Source of the DNA: Candidatus Nanoarchaeia archaeon
GTDB taxonomy: Archaea > Nanobdellota > Nanobdellia > SCGC-AAA011-G17 > JACPNG01
Assembly: GCA_028714095.1 (NCBI GenBank)
Contig: JAQTMY010000002.1
Location: forward strand, 14,636 to 78,635
DNA: 64,000 nucleotides
Direction of reading: 5' to 3'
A program made the position numbers and the translations under genes. Positions 19,310-28,225 of the stretch are shown in pieces. Each line of letters opens with the position of its first letter. The stretch's first letter is position 1. The notes beneath the pieces are model-generated. The model made no database searches and was not told where the DNA came from. It saw only the letters and a program-made list of their open reading frames with translations.

Positions 19310-19759
19310 ATGAAATGCCCATTTTGCTCTAGTTTAGACTTGAAAGTCGTTGATAGCAGGGAATCAGAAGATACTATCAGAAGGCGTAGGGAGTGTCTAA
19401 AATGTGAAAAAAGGTTTACAACCTATGAAAGAATTGAAACTGATTTAATGGTTGTAAAGAAAGATGGCAAGCGTGAACCCTATGACAGAGAAAAACTAAA
19501 GAGAGGCATTTTAAAGGCCTGTGAAAAAAGGCCAATACCCTTGGAAAAGATTGATGATATGATAGATAAGATAGAGCAGCAGCTTAGAAAACTGGATACA
19601 TCAGAAATAAAATCTACAGTGATTGGCAATAAAGTAATAAACAAATTAAAAACACTTGACAAAGTAGCTTATATCAGATTTGCATCAGTCTACAAAGAAT
19701 TTGCTGATATAGATTCCTTCCAGGAAGAATTAAAAAGTCTAATAAAAAAAACGAGGTGA
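19310..19759 (+). CDS. nrdR: Transcriptional repressor NrdR
   Basis: MKCPFC, DSR, IRRRREC, RFTTYE, ATP cone, VAYIRFASVY. Confidence 0.97.
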   Translation: MKCPFCSSLDLKVVDSRESEDTIRRRRECLKCEKRFTTYERIETDLMVVKKDGKREPYDREKLKRGILKACEKRPIPLEKIDDMIDKIEQQLRKLDTSEIKSTVIGNKVINKLKTLDKVAYIRFASVYKEFADIDSFQEELKSLIKKTR

Positions 19760-19765
19760 GGTTGT

Positions 19766-21907
19766 TTGGTTGATAAAATAAGAAAAAGAGATGGGAGAAT
19801 AGTTCAGTTTGACCAGAATAAAATAACTGAAGCTTTATTTAAGGCATTCAAGGCCGTTGGTCAGCCAGATATTGATGAAGCAAAAAGACTTTCTAAGAAA
19901 GTAATGGACATTGTTGAATACACTTTTGATCATGAAATTCCTTCTGTTGAAGAAATTCAGGATATTGTTGAAAAAGTTTTGGTTAAAGCAGGCCACTATA
20001 AGGTTTCTAAAGCATACATATTATACAGAAGCCAGAGAGCAAAGATAAGAGAAACAAAAGGCACTATGCTTGATGTTACAAAAATCTTGTCAGAATATCT
20101 AAACAAGCAGGACTGGAGAGTCCAGGAAAACAGCAATGAACAGTTTTCTTTTTCAGGTTTATTATTATATACCGCAGGAAAAGTGATTGCTAACTATGCC
20201 TTGAATGATATCTATACCCCGGAAATAGCAGAATCACATAAGAAAGGATATTTCCACATCCATGATCTAAATCATGGTTTTATTGGATATTGTGCAGGAT
20301 GGTCCTTGAAAAATCTATTAGTCAGAGGTTTTGGGGGAGTAGCAAACAAAGTTGACGCAAGGCCGGCCAAGCATATGGATGTTGTTGTTCATCAGATGGT
20401 AAACTACATAGGATGTTTGCAAATGGAGTTTGCAGGAGCTCAGGCATTTTCATCTGTTGATACATTATTGGCTCCATTTGTAAGAGCAGACAATATGACC
20501 TATAAGCAAATAAGACAGGATATGCAGAAGCTTGTTTATTCTTTAAATATCCCCTCAAGGTGGGGTTCCCAATATCCTTTCTCTAATTTAACTTTTGATT
20601 GGGTTGTTCCAGAAGATATGAGGGACGAACCAGCAATAGTTGGGGGAGAACCACAAAATTATACTTACGGAGAATTGCAGAGAGAGATGGATATGATAAA
20701 TAAAGCATTTCTAGAGATTATGGAGGAAGGAGATGCAAAAGGAGCCATATTTACCTTTCCAATCCCAACCTACAATATAACAAAAGACTTTGATTGGAAT
20801 TCAGAAAATGCCAATTTGTTGTTTAAGGTTACAGCCAAATATGGAATCCCATATTTCCAGAATTATGTTGGCTCTGAGTTAGATCCGAGAGCAGTAAGAG
20901 CTATGTGCTGCAGGCTTAACCTAAATCAAAAGGAATTGATGAACAGGCCAGGAAATATGTGGGGGCCAGGGGATAACACAGGTTCTTTAGGAGTTGTAAC
21001 ATTAAACCTTAACAGGCTTGGTTACGAAGCCAAGAATAAAGAGCATTTCTATGAAAAATTAAGTTACTACATGGATTTAGCTAAAGATTCATTGGAAATT
21101 AAAAGAAAGATTGTGGATAAAAATCTTGAAAATGGTTTAATGCCCTACACCAAAGTTTATCTTGGAACATTCAGAAATCATTTCTCTACAATTGGATTAT
21201 GCGGGATGAATGAGTGTTGTGTTAATTTCCTTGGAAAAGATATTTCAACAAAAGAAGGATCAGACTTTGCAGTTGAAGTATTAAATTATATGAGGGAGAA
21301 ACTTAAGAAATATCAGCAGGAAACAAACAATTTGTATAACCTAGAGGCAACACCTGCAGAAAGTACATCATACAGATTAGCAAAATTAGACAAGGAGATG
21401 TATCCAAATATTATTACCGCAGGAGAAGAAGCACCATTCTTGACAAACTCAACATTCCTGCCAGTAAACAAAACAGATGACCTTTGGTTTGCCTTGGAGC
21501 ATCAGAATAAGATACAGCCATTGTACACAGGAGGAACAATTTTCCATACCTTTGTTGGGGAAAGAATAAGTGATTCAGAAACATGCAAGGAGTTAGTAAG
21601 AAAAATTGCTCATAACACAAGACTGCCTTACTTTAGCATAACTCCAACATTTAGTGTATGCAAATCCCATGGATATCTTAATGGGGAGAAACCAACATGT
21701 CCTAAATGCGGAGAGGAGACAGAGGTTTATTCCAGAATTGTAGGTTATTTTAGGCCTGTAAAAAAATGGAATATAGGGAAAAAAGAGGAGTGGAAATATA
21801 GAGTTCCTTACAAAGTAGATATTAAGATTGAAAAACCTAATGGAGGATTTGAGAATGAAAATAAGAATCAAGAGATTAGACAAAGAGCTACCATTGCCGG
21901 TTTATGA
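19766..21907 (+). CDS. nrdD: Anaerobic (class III) ribonucleotide reductase with ATP cone
   Basis: IRKRDGR ATP cone, HIHDL, MCCRL, EATPAES, YSRIVGY glycyl-radical motif. Confidence 0.97.
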   Translation: MVDKIRKRDGRIVQFDQNKITEALFKAFKAVGQPDIDEAKRLSKKVMDIVEYTFDHEIPSVEEIQDIVEKVLVKAGHYKVSKAYILYRSQRAKIRETKGTMLDVTKILSEYLNKQDWRVQENSNEQFSFSGLLLYTAGKVIANYALNDIYTPEIAESHKKGYFHIHDLNHGFIGYCAGWSLKNLLVRGFGGVANKVDARPAKHMDVVVHQMVNYIGCLQMEFAGAQAFSSVDTLLAPFVRADNMTYKQIRQDMQKLVYSLNIPSRWGSQYPFSNLTFDWVVPEDMRDEPAIVGGEPQNYTYGELQREMDMINKAFLEIMEEGDAKGAIFTFPIPTYNITKDFDWNSENANLLFKVTAKYGIPYFQNYVGSELDPRAVRAMCCRLNLNQKELMNRPGNMWGPGDNTGSLGVVTLNLNRLGYEAKNKEHFYEKLSYYMDLAKDSLEIKRKIVDKNLENGLMPYTKVYLGTFRNHFSTIGLCGMNECCVNFLGKDISTKEGSDFAVEVLNYMREKLKKYQQETNNLYNLEATPAESTSYRLAKLDKEMYPNIITAGEEAPFLTNSTFLPVNKTDDLWFALEHQNKIQPLYTGGTIFHTFVGERISDSETCKELVRKIAHNTRLPYFSITPTFSVCKSHGYLNGEKPTCPKCGEETEVYSRIVGYFRPVKKWNIGKKEEWKYRVPYKVDIKIEKPNGGFENENKNQEIRQRATIAGL

Positions 21908-22286
21908 AACAAAAGGAGCAGTTGGTTTTGATATACTAGCTAGAGAAAAAACAATTATTGAACCAAACTCAATTAGTTTAATTCCTGGCAATGTTGTTGT
22001 CGAGACTCCAAAGGGCTATATGTTGTTGTTGGCATTAAGAAGCAGTACACCAAAGAAAAAAGGACTGTTAAAACCTCATGGAGTTGGCATAATAGACAAT
22101 GACTACTGTGGGGATGGTGATGAACTAAAAGTTCAGGTCTATAACTTCAATAAAGTTCCTGCGGTTATTGAGAAAGGGGAAAAAGTGGCTCAGGGAATTT
22201 TTGTTAAGGTGGATAGATTTGAATGGCAGGAAGTTGATAGCATGAATAACAAGACAAGGGGTGGATTTGGAAGCACAGACAAATGA
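21855..22286 (+). CDS. dut: dUTP diphosphatase
   Basis: GAVGFD, RSS, GIIDNDY, AQG, RGGFGST; ATG follows GGAGG. Confidence 0.96.
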   Translation: MKIRIKRLDKELPLPVYETKGAVGFDILAREKTIIEPNSISLIPGNVVVETPKGYMLLLALRSSTPKKKGLLKPHGVGIIDNDYCGDGDELKVQVYNFNKVPAVIEKGEKVAQGIFVKVDRFEWQEVDSMNNKTRGGFGSTDK

Positions 22287-22957
22287 AAATTGTTTCTTTC
22301 TTGCCCTCTTCTTTTATTGATTATCCTGGAAAATTAGCCTCAGTAATTTTTACCTCTGGCTGTAATTTTAGATGTGGTTTTTGTCATAATAAAGAAATAG
22401 TTGAAAATAAACTGCCTTTAATTCCTGAAGAGGAAATTCTTGAAAAATTAAATCCTAAATGGATTTATGGGGTAGTCATAACTGGAGGAGAGCCAACTCT
22501 TCAGAATGATCTGGATTTATTCATTAAAAAAATAAAGGAAAAAGGACTGAAAATTAAACTTGACACAAACGGCTCTAATCCAGAAATGTTAAAAGAGTTA
22601 ATCAATAATAAATTACTTGATTATATTGCAATGGACATTAAAGGCTCTGTTGATAATTACAAGAAAATTTCTGGCTATGACAACATAAAGAACATTAAAG
22701 AGAGTATTTCCTTAATTAAAAATTCAAAGATTGATTATATGTTCAGAACAACTTTAGTCCCTTCAATCCATGATAAGAAAGAGTTGCTTAATTTAGTTAA
22801 ATTAATCAAAGGAGCTAAAACCTTCCAGCTCCAGAGATTTGATTCAGATAATACCTTAAATGTTAAGTTCAGCAAGCAAAAAAGCTATAGTGAAGAGGAA
22901 TTATTAAAATTCAAAGATTTAATAAAGAATGAATTTATTACAGTTAATGTGGTTTAA
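22283..22957 (+). CDS. nrdG: Anaerobic RNR activating radical SAM protein
   Basis: DYPG, CNFRCGFCHN, TGGEPTL, LDTNG. Confidence 0.95.
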   Translation: MKIVSFLPSSFIDYPGKLASVIFTSGCNFRCGFCHNKEIVENKLPLIPEEEILEKLNPKWIYGVVITGGEPTLQNDLDLFIKKIKEKGLKIKLDTNGSNPEMLKELINNKLLDYIAMDIKGSVDNYKKISGYDNIKNIKESISLIKNSKIDYMFRTTLVPSIHDKKELLNLVKLIKGAKTFQLQRFDSDNTLNVKFSKQKSYSEEELLKFKDLIKNEFITVNVV

Positions 22958-22958
22958 G

Positions 22959-23147
22959 ATGGCAAAAATAAATAAAAATACCAAAATAGGGGACATATTG
23001 GAAAAGCATCCAGATAAGGTTAAAATTTTATTTAAGTATGGACTGCATTGCATTGGATGTTCTGTAGCTAATCAGGAAACTTTGGAAGAAGCAACAGCAG
23101 CTCATGGAATTAATCTAAAAGCCTTGCTTAAGGAATTGAATGAATAA
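22959..23147 (+). CDS. DUF1858-domain protein
   Basis: INKNTKIGDILEKHP...GLHCIGC...ETLEEA...HGI. Confidence 0.85.
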   Translation: MAKINKNTKIGDILEKHPDKVKILFKYGLHCIGCSVANQETLEEATAAHGINLKALLKELNE

Positions 23148-23156
23148 TTTTTAGAG

Positions 23157-23969
23157 TCAGGCTGAATATCTATCCCCTAAATTAATCCAGTTTTCTTCTT
23201 TAATCTTTTCTAGAATGTCTGAATGTAGTGTAGGATCCCAATGCGATAAATTTTCATTTAGGTAATCTTCGGCATTTCCGCCTTCTTGTTTGCTTCTTCC
23301 TTGTGCAAAATTGTAAGCTATGGCTGCAAGAGCATATTTAGTCCTATTCATAAGATCAGGGAAGACCTTATAGAAATTTGTTCTAATCTCAAGAGGTGAG
23401 TATTTGGGATCAACTACAGCCAAACTTAACCAAAACTCGCTTTTAGTATTAGGTATAAGTTCAGAAAAGGTTTTCCATTCAGGATTTTTCTTTAACCATT
23501 CGACATATTCTGCAGCACCACACCAATAAAAAGAACGATTTATAATTATATCAGAAACCAGCTGTGGCTCATTAACTAATTCAACATGGTTTTGAGCATA
23601 AACATAATTTAATGTATCCAAGAAACCAAGGCATTCTAATAAACTCTCTTTTCGAACCTCCTTTTCTAATGAAGGATACATAATCCCTATAATATTAATC
23701 AGGGGGGTAGTCCAATCCTGATTTGGCCCACCTGCAATAGACTCTACAAAGACACTTTCTGAATTATAATGCCTTATTTTGTACATATACTCTTGAAATT
23801 TTTTTATTGCAGTATTTGGGTCTTTTAGCATAAGTTCATAATAATCACTTACGGTTTCATTAACATAATCATTTATAGCCCCTAGAGTAGAAGTAATATC
23901 TTTGAATATTTCTTTCTGTTTCTTTTCCCTAATTTTTTCTTGGAAATTAATGATTTCTGCTTCTTCCAT
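23157..23969 (-). CDS. Hypothetical protein
   Basis: 270-aa ORF with AGGAG SD; no motif recognised. Confidence 0.7.
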   Translation of the reverse strand: MEEAEIINFQEKIREKKQKEIFKDITSTLGAINDYVNETVSDYYELMLKDPNTAIKKFQEYMYKIRHYNSESVFVESIAGGPNQDWTTPLINIIGIMYPSLEKEVRKESLLECLGFLDTLNYVYAQNHVELVNEPQLVSDIIINRSFYWCGAAEYVEWLKKNPEWKTFSELIPNTKSEFWLSLAVVDPKYSPLEIRTNFYKVFPDLMNRTKYALAAIAYNFAQGRSKQEGGNAEDYLNENLSHWDPTLHSDILEKIKEENWINLGDRYSA

Positions 23970-24116
23970 TTACATTCTCCTTTATGATCTTAAACGCCAA
24001 GACCCAAGATATATAAGTCTTTAGATTCTTTTTTCATTTCCTTTGGAGATGACATCTAATTTAGTAACATAGCTTTAACCAAAACCTTTTTAAACAAAAC
24101 CTATATTCTCCAGGCT

Positions 24117-24169
24117 ATGGATTATGTAAGATATCATAGTTAAGTTCTGAATTTATTCTTATAGTCCAT
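24117..24169 (+). promoter_or_regulatory. Candidate leaderless uORF (MDYVRYHS, 24117-24143) within a leader hairpin
   Basis: ATG lies 22 nt after TTTTTAAA (24087-24094); ATGGATTAT-GT-AAGA can pair with TCTTATAGTCCAT. Confidence 0.45.
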
Positions 24170-24180
24170 TCTAAATTAAA

Positions 24181-25125
24181 ATGCAAAAAATTAAAGATCT
24201 AAAATGGGAACCCGGTATAACAGTAAACGATTTTGTTAGAGGATTAACTAGTGTTGGGTTCCAAGGAACAGAAGCAGGAAAAGCAGTTGATGTAATTCTT
24301 AAGATGAAAAAATCAGGCTCAAAGATATTCTTGACATTTACATCAAATATGGTAACATCAGGATTAAGAGGTTTATTCGCTCAGTTAATAAAATTAAAAT
24401 TAGTTGATGTTATTATCACTACAGTAGGTTCTGTAGAAGAAGACATAATGAGGGCAAAGGGAGAATCTTTCTTAGTAAGCAGTTTTTATTCAGATGATTT
24501 GTCCTTGCATGAAAGAGGGATGAACAGAGTAGGAAACATTCTTGTTCCTAATGAATCTTATTGTAATTTTGAGGATGAAATAAATGTAATCCTGGATGAA
24601 ATTTACAAAAAACAGCAGAAGTTTGCGGTTTCAGAATTATTAAGAGAAATAGGCTCTAAACTTAATGATGAAGATTCAATCTTATACCAAGCATATAAAA
24701 ACAACGTTCCTGTTTTCTGTCCTGCAATAACAGATGGGGCGTTTGGATTCCATTTATATTTGTTCCAGCAAAAACATAATGATTTTTCTGTAGATATAAT
24801 AAAAGACTTTGAAAACATTTTGTTCTCAACAAGCTATGATGAAAAGAAAGGATTGATTGCCTTAGGCGGAGGAGTTTCAAAGCATCATGCTTTATTAGCA
24901 AATTTACTTAATGGAGGATTGGATTACGCTGTTTACATTACCACTGAGCATCAGAGTTCTGGAAGTATGAGCGGGGCTACAACCCAGGAAGCTAAAAGTT
25001 GGGGTAAGATAAAAGATGATAGTGATGCAGCAACAATACATGGAGAAGTCTCAATTATATTTCCTTTGGTTATTTTTAGAGTTTTAGAATCATTAAACAA
25101 GGAGAATTTATTAAAAAATGGCTAA
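24181..25125 (+). CDS. dys: Deoxyhypusine synthase family protein
   Basis: GFQG, FTSNMVTSGLR, EED, NRVGN, PAITDG, GGGVSKH, SGA..EAKSWGK with the catalytic Lys. Confidence 0.93.
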   Translation: MQKIKDLKWEPGITVNDFVRGLTSVGFQGTEAGKAVDVILKMKKSGSKIFLTFTSNMVTSGLRGLFAQLIKLKLVDVIITTVGSVEEDIMRAKGESFLVSSFYSDDLSLHERGMNRVGNILVPNESYCNFEDEINVILDEIYKKQQKFAVSELLREIGSKLNDEDSILYQAYKNNVPVFCPAITDGAFGFHLYLFQQKHNDFSVDIIKDFENILFSTSYDEKKGLIALGGGVSKHHALLANLLNGGLDYAVYITTEHQSSGSMSGATTQEAKSWGKIKDDSDAATIHGEVSIIFPLVIFRVLESLNKENLLKNG

Positions 25126-26134
25126 ATTTATTTTATACAAGAACAAGGTAATAGAACAATATAATTCCTTAAACAAAATAAACGCAAGAATCTTATATAG
25201 TGTAAAAACAAACCCCCTTCTTGCTCCAATTCTTGAACATAATACAGATTCTGAATTTAATTGTTCTTCATTAAAGGAAGCAAATCTTGTTAATGATAAA
25301 TCCAGGATATGGTATCACTCCCAGTTACTGGATAATCTTGATTTGATATTTTCCTTAGGGATTAGAAAATTTGTTGTTGAGGATTTACATGACCTGGATT
25401 TATTAATAGATTATATTCAAAAAAATAATCATAAGATAGATTTATTGTTGAGAATGAAGTTGAAGGAAAACACAATATTTACTGGCAGATTTTATGTTTT
25501 TGGAATGGAATCTAAGATTGTCAATGAAAAAATAAAAGAGCTAAGGGGCAATAGAAACATAAACAAGATAGGAATACATTTTCACAGAAAAAGCCAGAAT
25601 GTTTCTGAATGGTCTTTGAAACATGAAATTAAGGATTCAATAACAGAAGAAACCTTGAAGAATATAGATTTCCTGAACATCGGGGGCGGTTTACCAATAA
25701 ACTACAAGAATTCAAGATCCGATATTTTGTCTACGATAATTCCAAAGCTTATTGACCTAGTTTCCTGGCTGAAAGGATATAACATAGAAACAATAATTGA
25801 GCCAGGGAGATACATTTCAGGTCCTTCAGTAGAATTGGAAACAGAAATAAAAAAAGTATCTGGAAGAGACATTATTGTTGATTGCTCTGTGTATAATACA
25901 ACAATGGATACATTGATTGTTCCTATAAAATTGATTGTTAAGAACGAACTTGAAAAAGCAGGAAAGAGTTATGTAATCAAAGGATGTACTCCTTGCTCTA
26001 TGGATATCTTCAGGTATGACATAAAACTACAGAACCCAAAGGTAGGAGATAAATTAATTTTTATCAATGCCGGAGCTTATAATTTTGCAACAGACTTCTG
26101 TATGTTAAATAAAATTGAAACAATTGTTTTATAA
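25118..26134 (+). CDS. Orn/Arg/Lys/DAP decarboxylase family (PLP, fold type III)
   Basis: YSVKTN (PLP Lys), GIHFH, NIGGG, EPGRY, PCSMD, GAY. Confidence 0.88.
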   Translation: MAKFILYKNKVIEQYNSLNKINARILYSVKTNPLLAPILEHNTDSEFNCSSLKEANLVNDKSRIWYHSQLLDNLDLIFSLGIRKFVVEDLHDLDLLIDYIQKNNHKIDLLLRMKLKENTIFTGRFYVFGMESKIVNEKIKELRGNRNINKIGIHFHRKSQNVSEWSLKHEIKDSITEETLKNIDFLNIGGGLPINYKNSRSDILSTIIPKLIDLVSWLKGYNIETIIEPGRYISGPSVELETEIKKVSGRDIIVDCSVYNTTMDTLIVPIKLIVKNELEKAGKSYVIKGCTPCSMDIFRYDIKLQNPKVGDKLIFINAGAYNFATDFCMLNKIETIVL

Positions 26135-26893
26135 TTTATTCCACATTCTTCTTAATTTATCCTTACTGGTTAAAGAAAATTCTTTATCCTTCGCAAATAT
26201 TTCTAATGTTATTGTCCCATCATAATATTTTTTTAAGACTTTTAGTGTTTTTTCCCAGTTAATGTTTCCTGCTCCAATAGGTAAATGTTCATCTTCACTC
26301 CCATTGTTGTCATGCAGATGTACATGCCTTAATTCCTTGTTTAATTCTTTTATGTATTTAACAGGATTTCTTCCATATAGGTTAGAATGTCCAATGTCCA
26401 GATGAAAATGTAGCCCTGGAACTTTAGTTATTATCTTGGCTACAACCTCATAGCTCTCTTGTTTTTTTCCAACAGGCTCAAACATAATTTTTAGATTATA
26501 TTTCTTGGCTTCCCTTACCAGTTTAGTTAAAGATTCAACCTGAAACTTTATCCCGTCCTCAACAGAAAATAAACTAAAAGGCCAGTTTCCATGCACAGTT
26601 ATATATTTAACTCCTAATTTCTGGAATATTGGGAAATATCTAACTGCATCCTTGACCGAAGCCTCCCTTATTGCTTTCGAAGGCGATCCAGTCTGAAGAT
26701 AGGGTCCAGTATGCCCTACAGTTTCTAAATTGTATTTTTTTATTATCTTTTTTATCTTCTCAATCTTTATTTTTTCAGGAACAGCCATGTCTTCTTCTAA
26801 GAATAAATCAACAAAATCAAATCCACTTTTTCCAATCCACTCAACCTCCTCAACTAAATCTTTTCTTGGATTGTTGGGAAAACCGATTTTCAT
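26129..26893 (-). CDS. Sugar phosphate isomerase/epimerase (xylose isomerase-like TIM barrel)
   Basis: LDIGH, HVHLHDN..DEHLPIGAG, TLE. Confidence 0.88.
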   Translation of the reverse strand: MKIGFPNNPRKDLVEEVEWIGKSGFDFVDLFLEEDMAVPEKIKIEKIKKIIKKYNLETVGHTGPYLQTGSPSKAIREASVKDAVRYFPIFQKLGVKYITVHGNWPFSLFSVEDGIKFQVESLTKLVREAKKYNLKIMFEPVGKKQESYEVVAKIITKVPGLHFHLDIGHSNLYGRNPVKYIKELNKELRHVHLHDNNGSEDEHLPIGAGNINWEKTLKVLKKYYDGTITLEIFAKDKEFSLTSKDKLRRMWNKL

Positions 26894-26976
26894 AAGGTTA
26901 ACTATCTATTTTAGTATATAAGTTTATCTCTCAGAAATATTTAAATAATGAAAAATATCACTAATCCTGATAAAAG

Positions 26977-27528
26977 ATGGATACATTAACTATTATTTTA
27001 ATTGTAATTGGAGTAGTTCTCTTAGCTCTTATCATACTTTATAATGGTTTAATAAGACTAAAGAACCAGGTTGCAAATGCATGGGCACAGATAGATGTCC
27101 AGCTGAAAAGACGTAATGATTTGATACCAAACCTTGTTGAGACAGTAAGAGGTTATATTAAATACGAAAAAACAATCTTGGAAAACATAACCAAGGCAAG
27201 AGCTTCTATAATGGAGTCAGATAGCTTGGAGAAAAAAGCAAAAGCCTCTAACGTTTTGACAGATTCTCTTAAATCATTATTTGCTGTTGCAGAAAATTAT
27301 CCAAAATTAAGGGCAAACCAAAGCTTCTTGCAGTTGCAGGAAGAACTGGCTGGGACAGAGAATAAGATAGCCTATGCAAGACAGAGCTACAATGATAGAG
27401 TTATGGAATTTAATACCAAAATGCAGAAATTCCCAAATAACTTGGTAGCTAAAACACTTGGTTTTAATCCAAGAGAGTTGTTCCAGGCAACAGAGAAAGA
27501 AAAGAAGAATATTGAGGTTAAATTTTAA
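26977..27528 (+). CDS. lemA: LemA family protein
   Basis: AWAQIDVQLKRRNDLIPNLV, AVAENYPKL, ENKIAYAR. Confidence 0.96.
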   Translation: MDTLTIILIVIGVVLLALIILYNGLIRLKNQVANAWAQIDVQLKRRNDLIPNLVETVRGYIKYEKTILENITKARASIMESDSLEKKAKASNVLTDSLKSLFAVAENYPKLRANQSFLQLQEELAGTENKIAYARQSYNDRVMEFNTKMQKFPNNLVAKTLGFNPRELFQATEKEKKNIEVKF

Positions 27529-27598
27529 CCTTTATTTTTTAATTTATATATAGAAAGATAAGCAACTATAAAAAAGAGGCTTTCTCAAAGTAATAGGC

Positions 27599-28168
27599 AT
27601 GCATTCCCACATCGTTCATGAAACTATTAATTTAAACCCAAATATTAAGAAAGGTTCTGAAAGATATAATCAGATTATTAGTAAAGCAGAAATTAGGCCT
27701 TTCTTAATAAGAAATATAAGTTATTTCCAGGGAAAGAACATTTTAGATCTTGAAGCTCAAGCTCTCCCAATGCGTGAACTGCTAGAAAAAAAAGGGGTTT
27801 ACTTTCCAATTATATCTCGTGAGGGAACCAATGAAACTGGAATTGTCCATGAAGGAGCTGAGATGATTGCAGACTATGAAAAAAATAAACTTCCTTTTCC
27901 AGAATTTGTAGATGTTGTTTTATCTTTATTTAATTTCCCAAATAATCTTGAAAATGTTATTAAATGTTTAGCTCCTGATGGTATTTTGATACATGCTTCT
28001 CCTCCCGATTGGTTTAATTCGCAGGGGATTAATGAAAAACTTGCATCTTATTTTAAAAATATCAAATGTGATTTTTATGATATTAAGATTACCCAGAAAA
28101 AGGAAACAATACAAAGTTTAGGATACATCTTCGCTACAGCTTCTGAACCTCTTTCAAGAATTCATTAA
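27599..28168 (+). CDS. Hypothetical protein, possibly a degenerate class I SAM-methyltransferase fold
   Basis: ILDLE, FVDVVLS, CLAPDGILI spaced as in methyltransferases, but the Gly-rich motif I is missing. Confidence 0.5.
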   Translation: MHSHIVHETINLNPNIKKGSERYNQIISKAEIRPFLIRNISYFQGKNILDLEAQALPMRELLEKKGVYFPIISREGTNETGIVHEGAEMIADYEKNKLPFPEFVDVVLSLFNFPNNLENVIKCLAPDGILIHASPPDWFNSQGINEKLASYFKNIKCDFYDIKITQKKETIQSLGYIFATASEPLSRIH

Positions 28169-28225
28169 CCTATTCTTAATTTATTTTGAAAACCTTTAAA
28201 TATTGCTAATCTTGACTCTTTTTGT

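Noticed and set aside
21855-21907. 53-nt nrdD/dut overlap as a frameshift
   Set aside because: Both proteins have all expected motifs and dut has its own GGAGG SD; the NrdD tail is just an extension.
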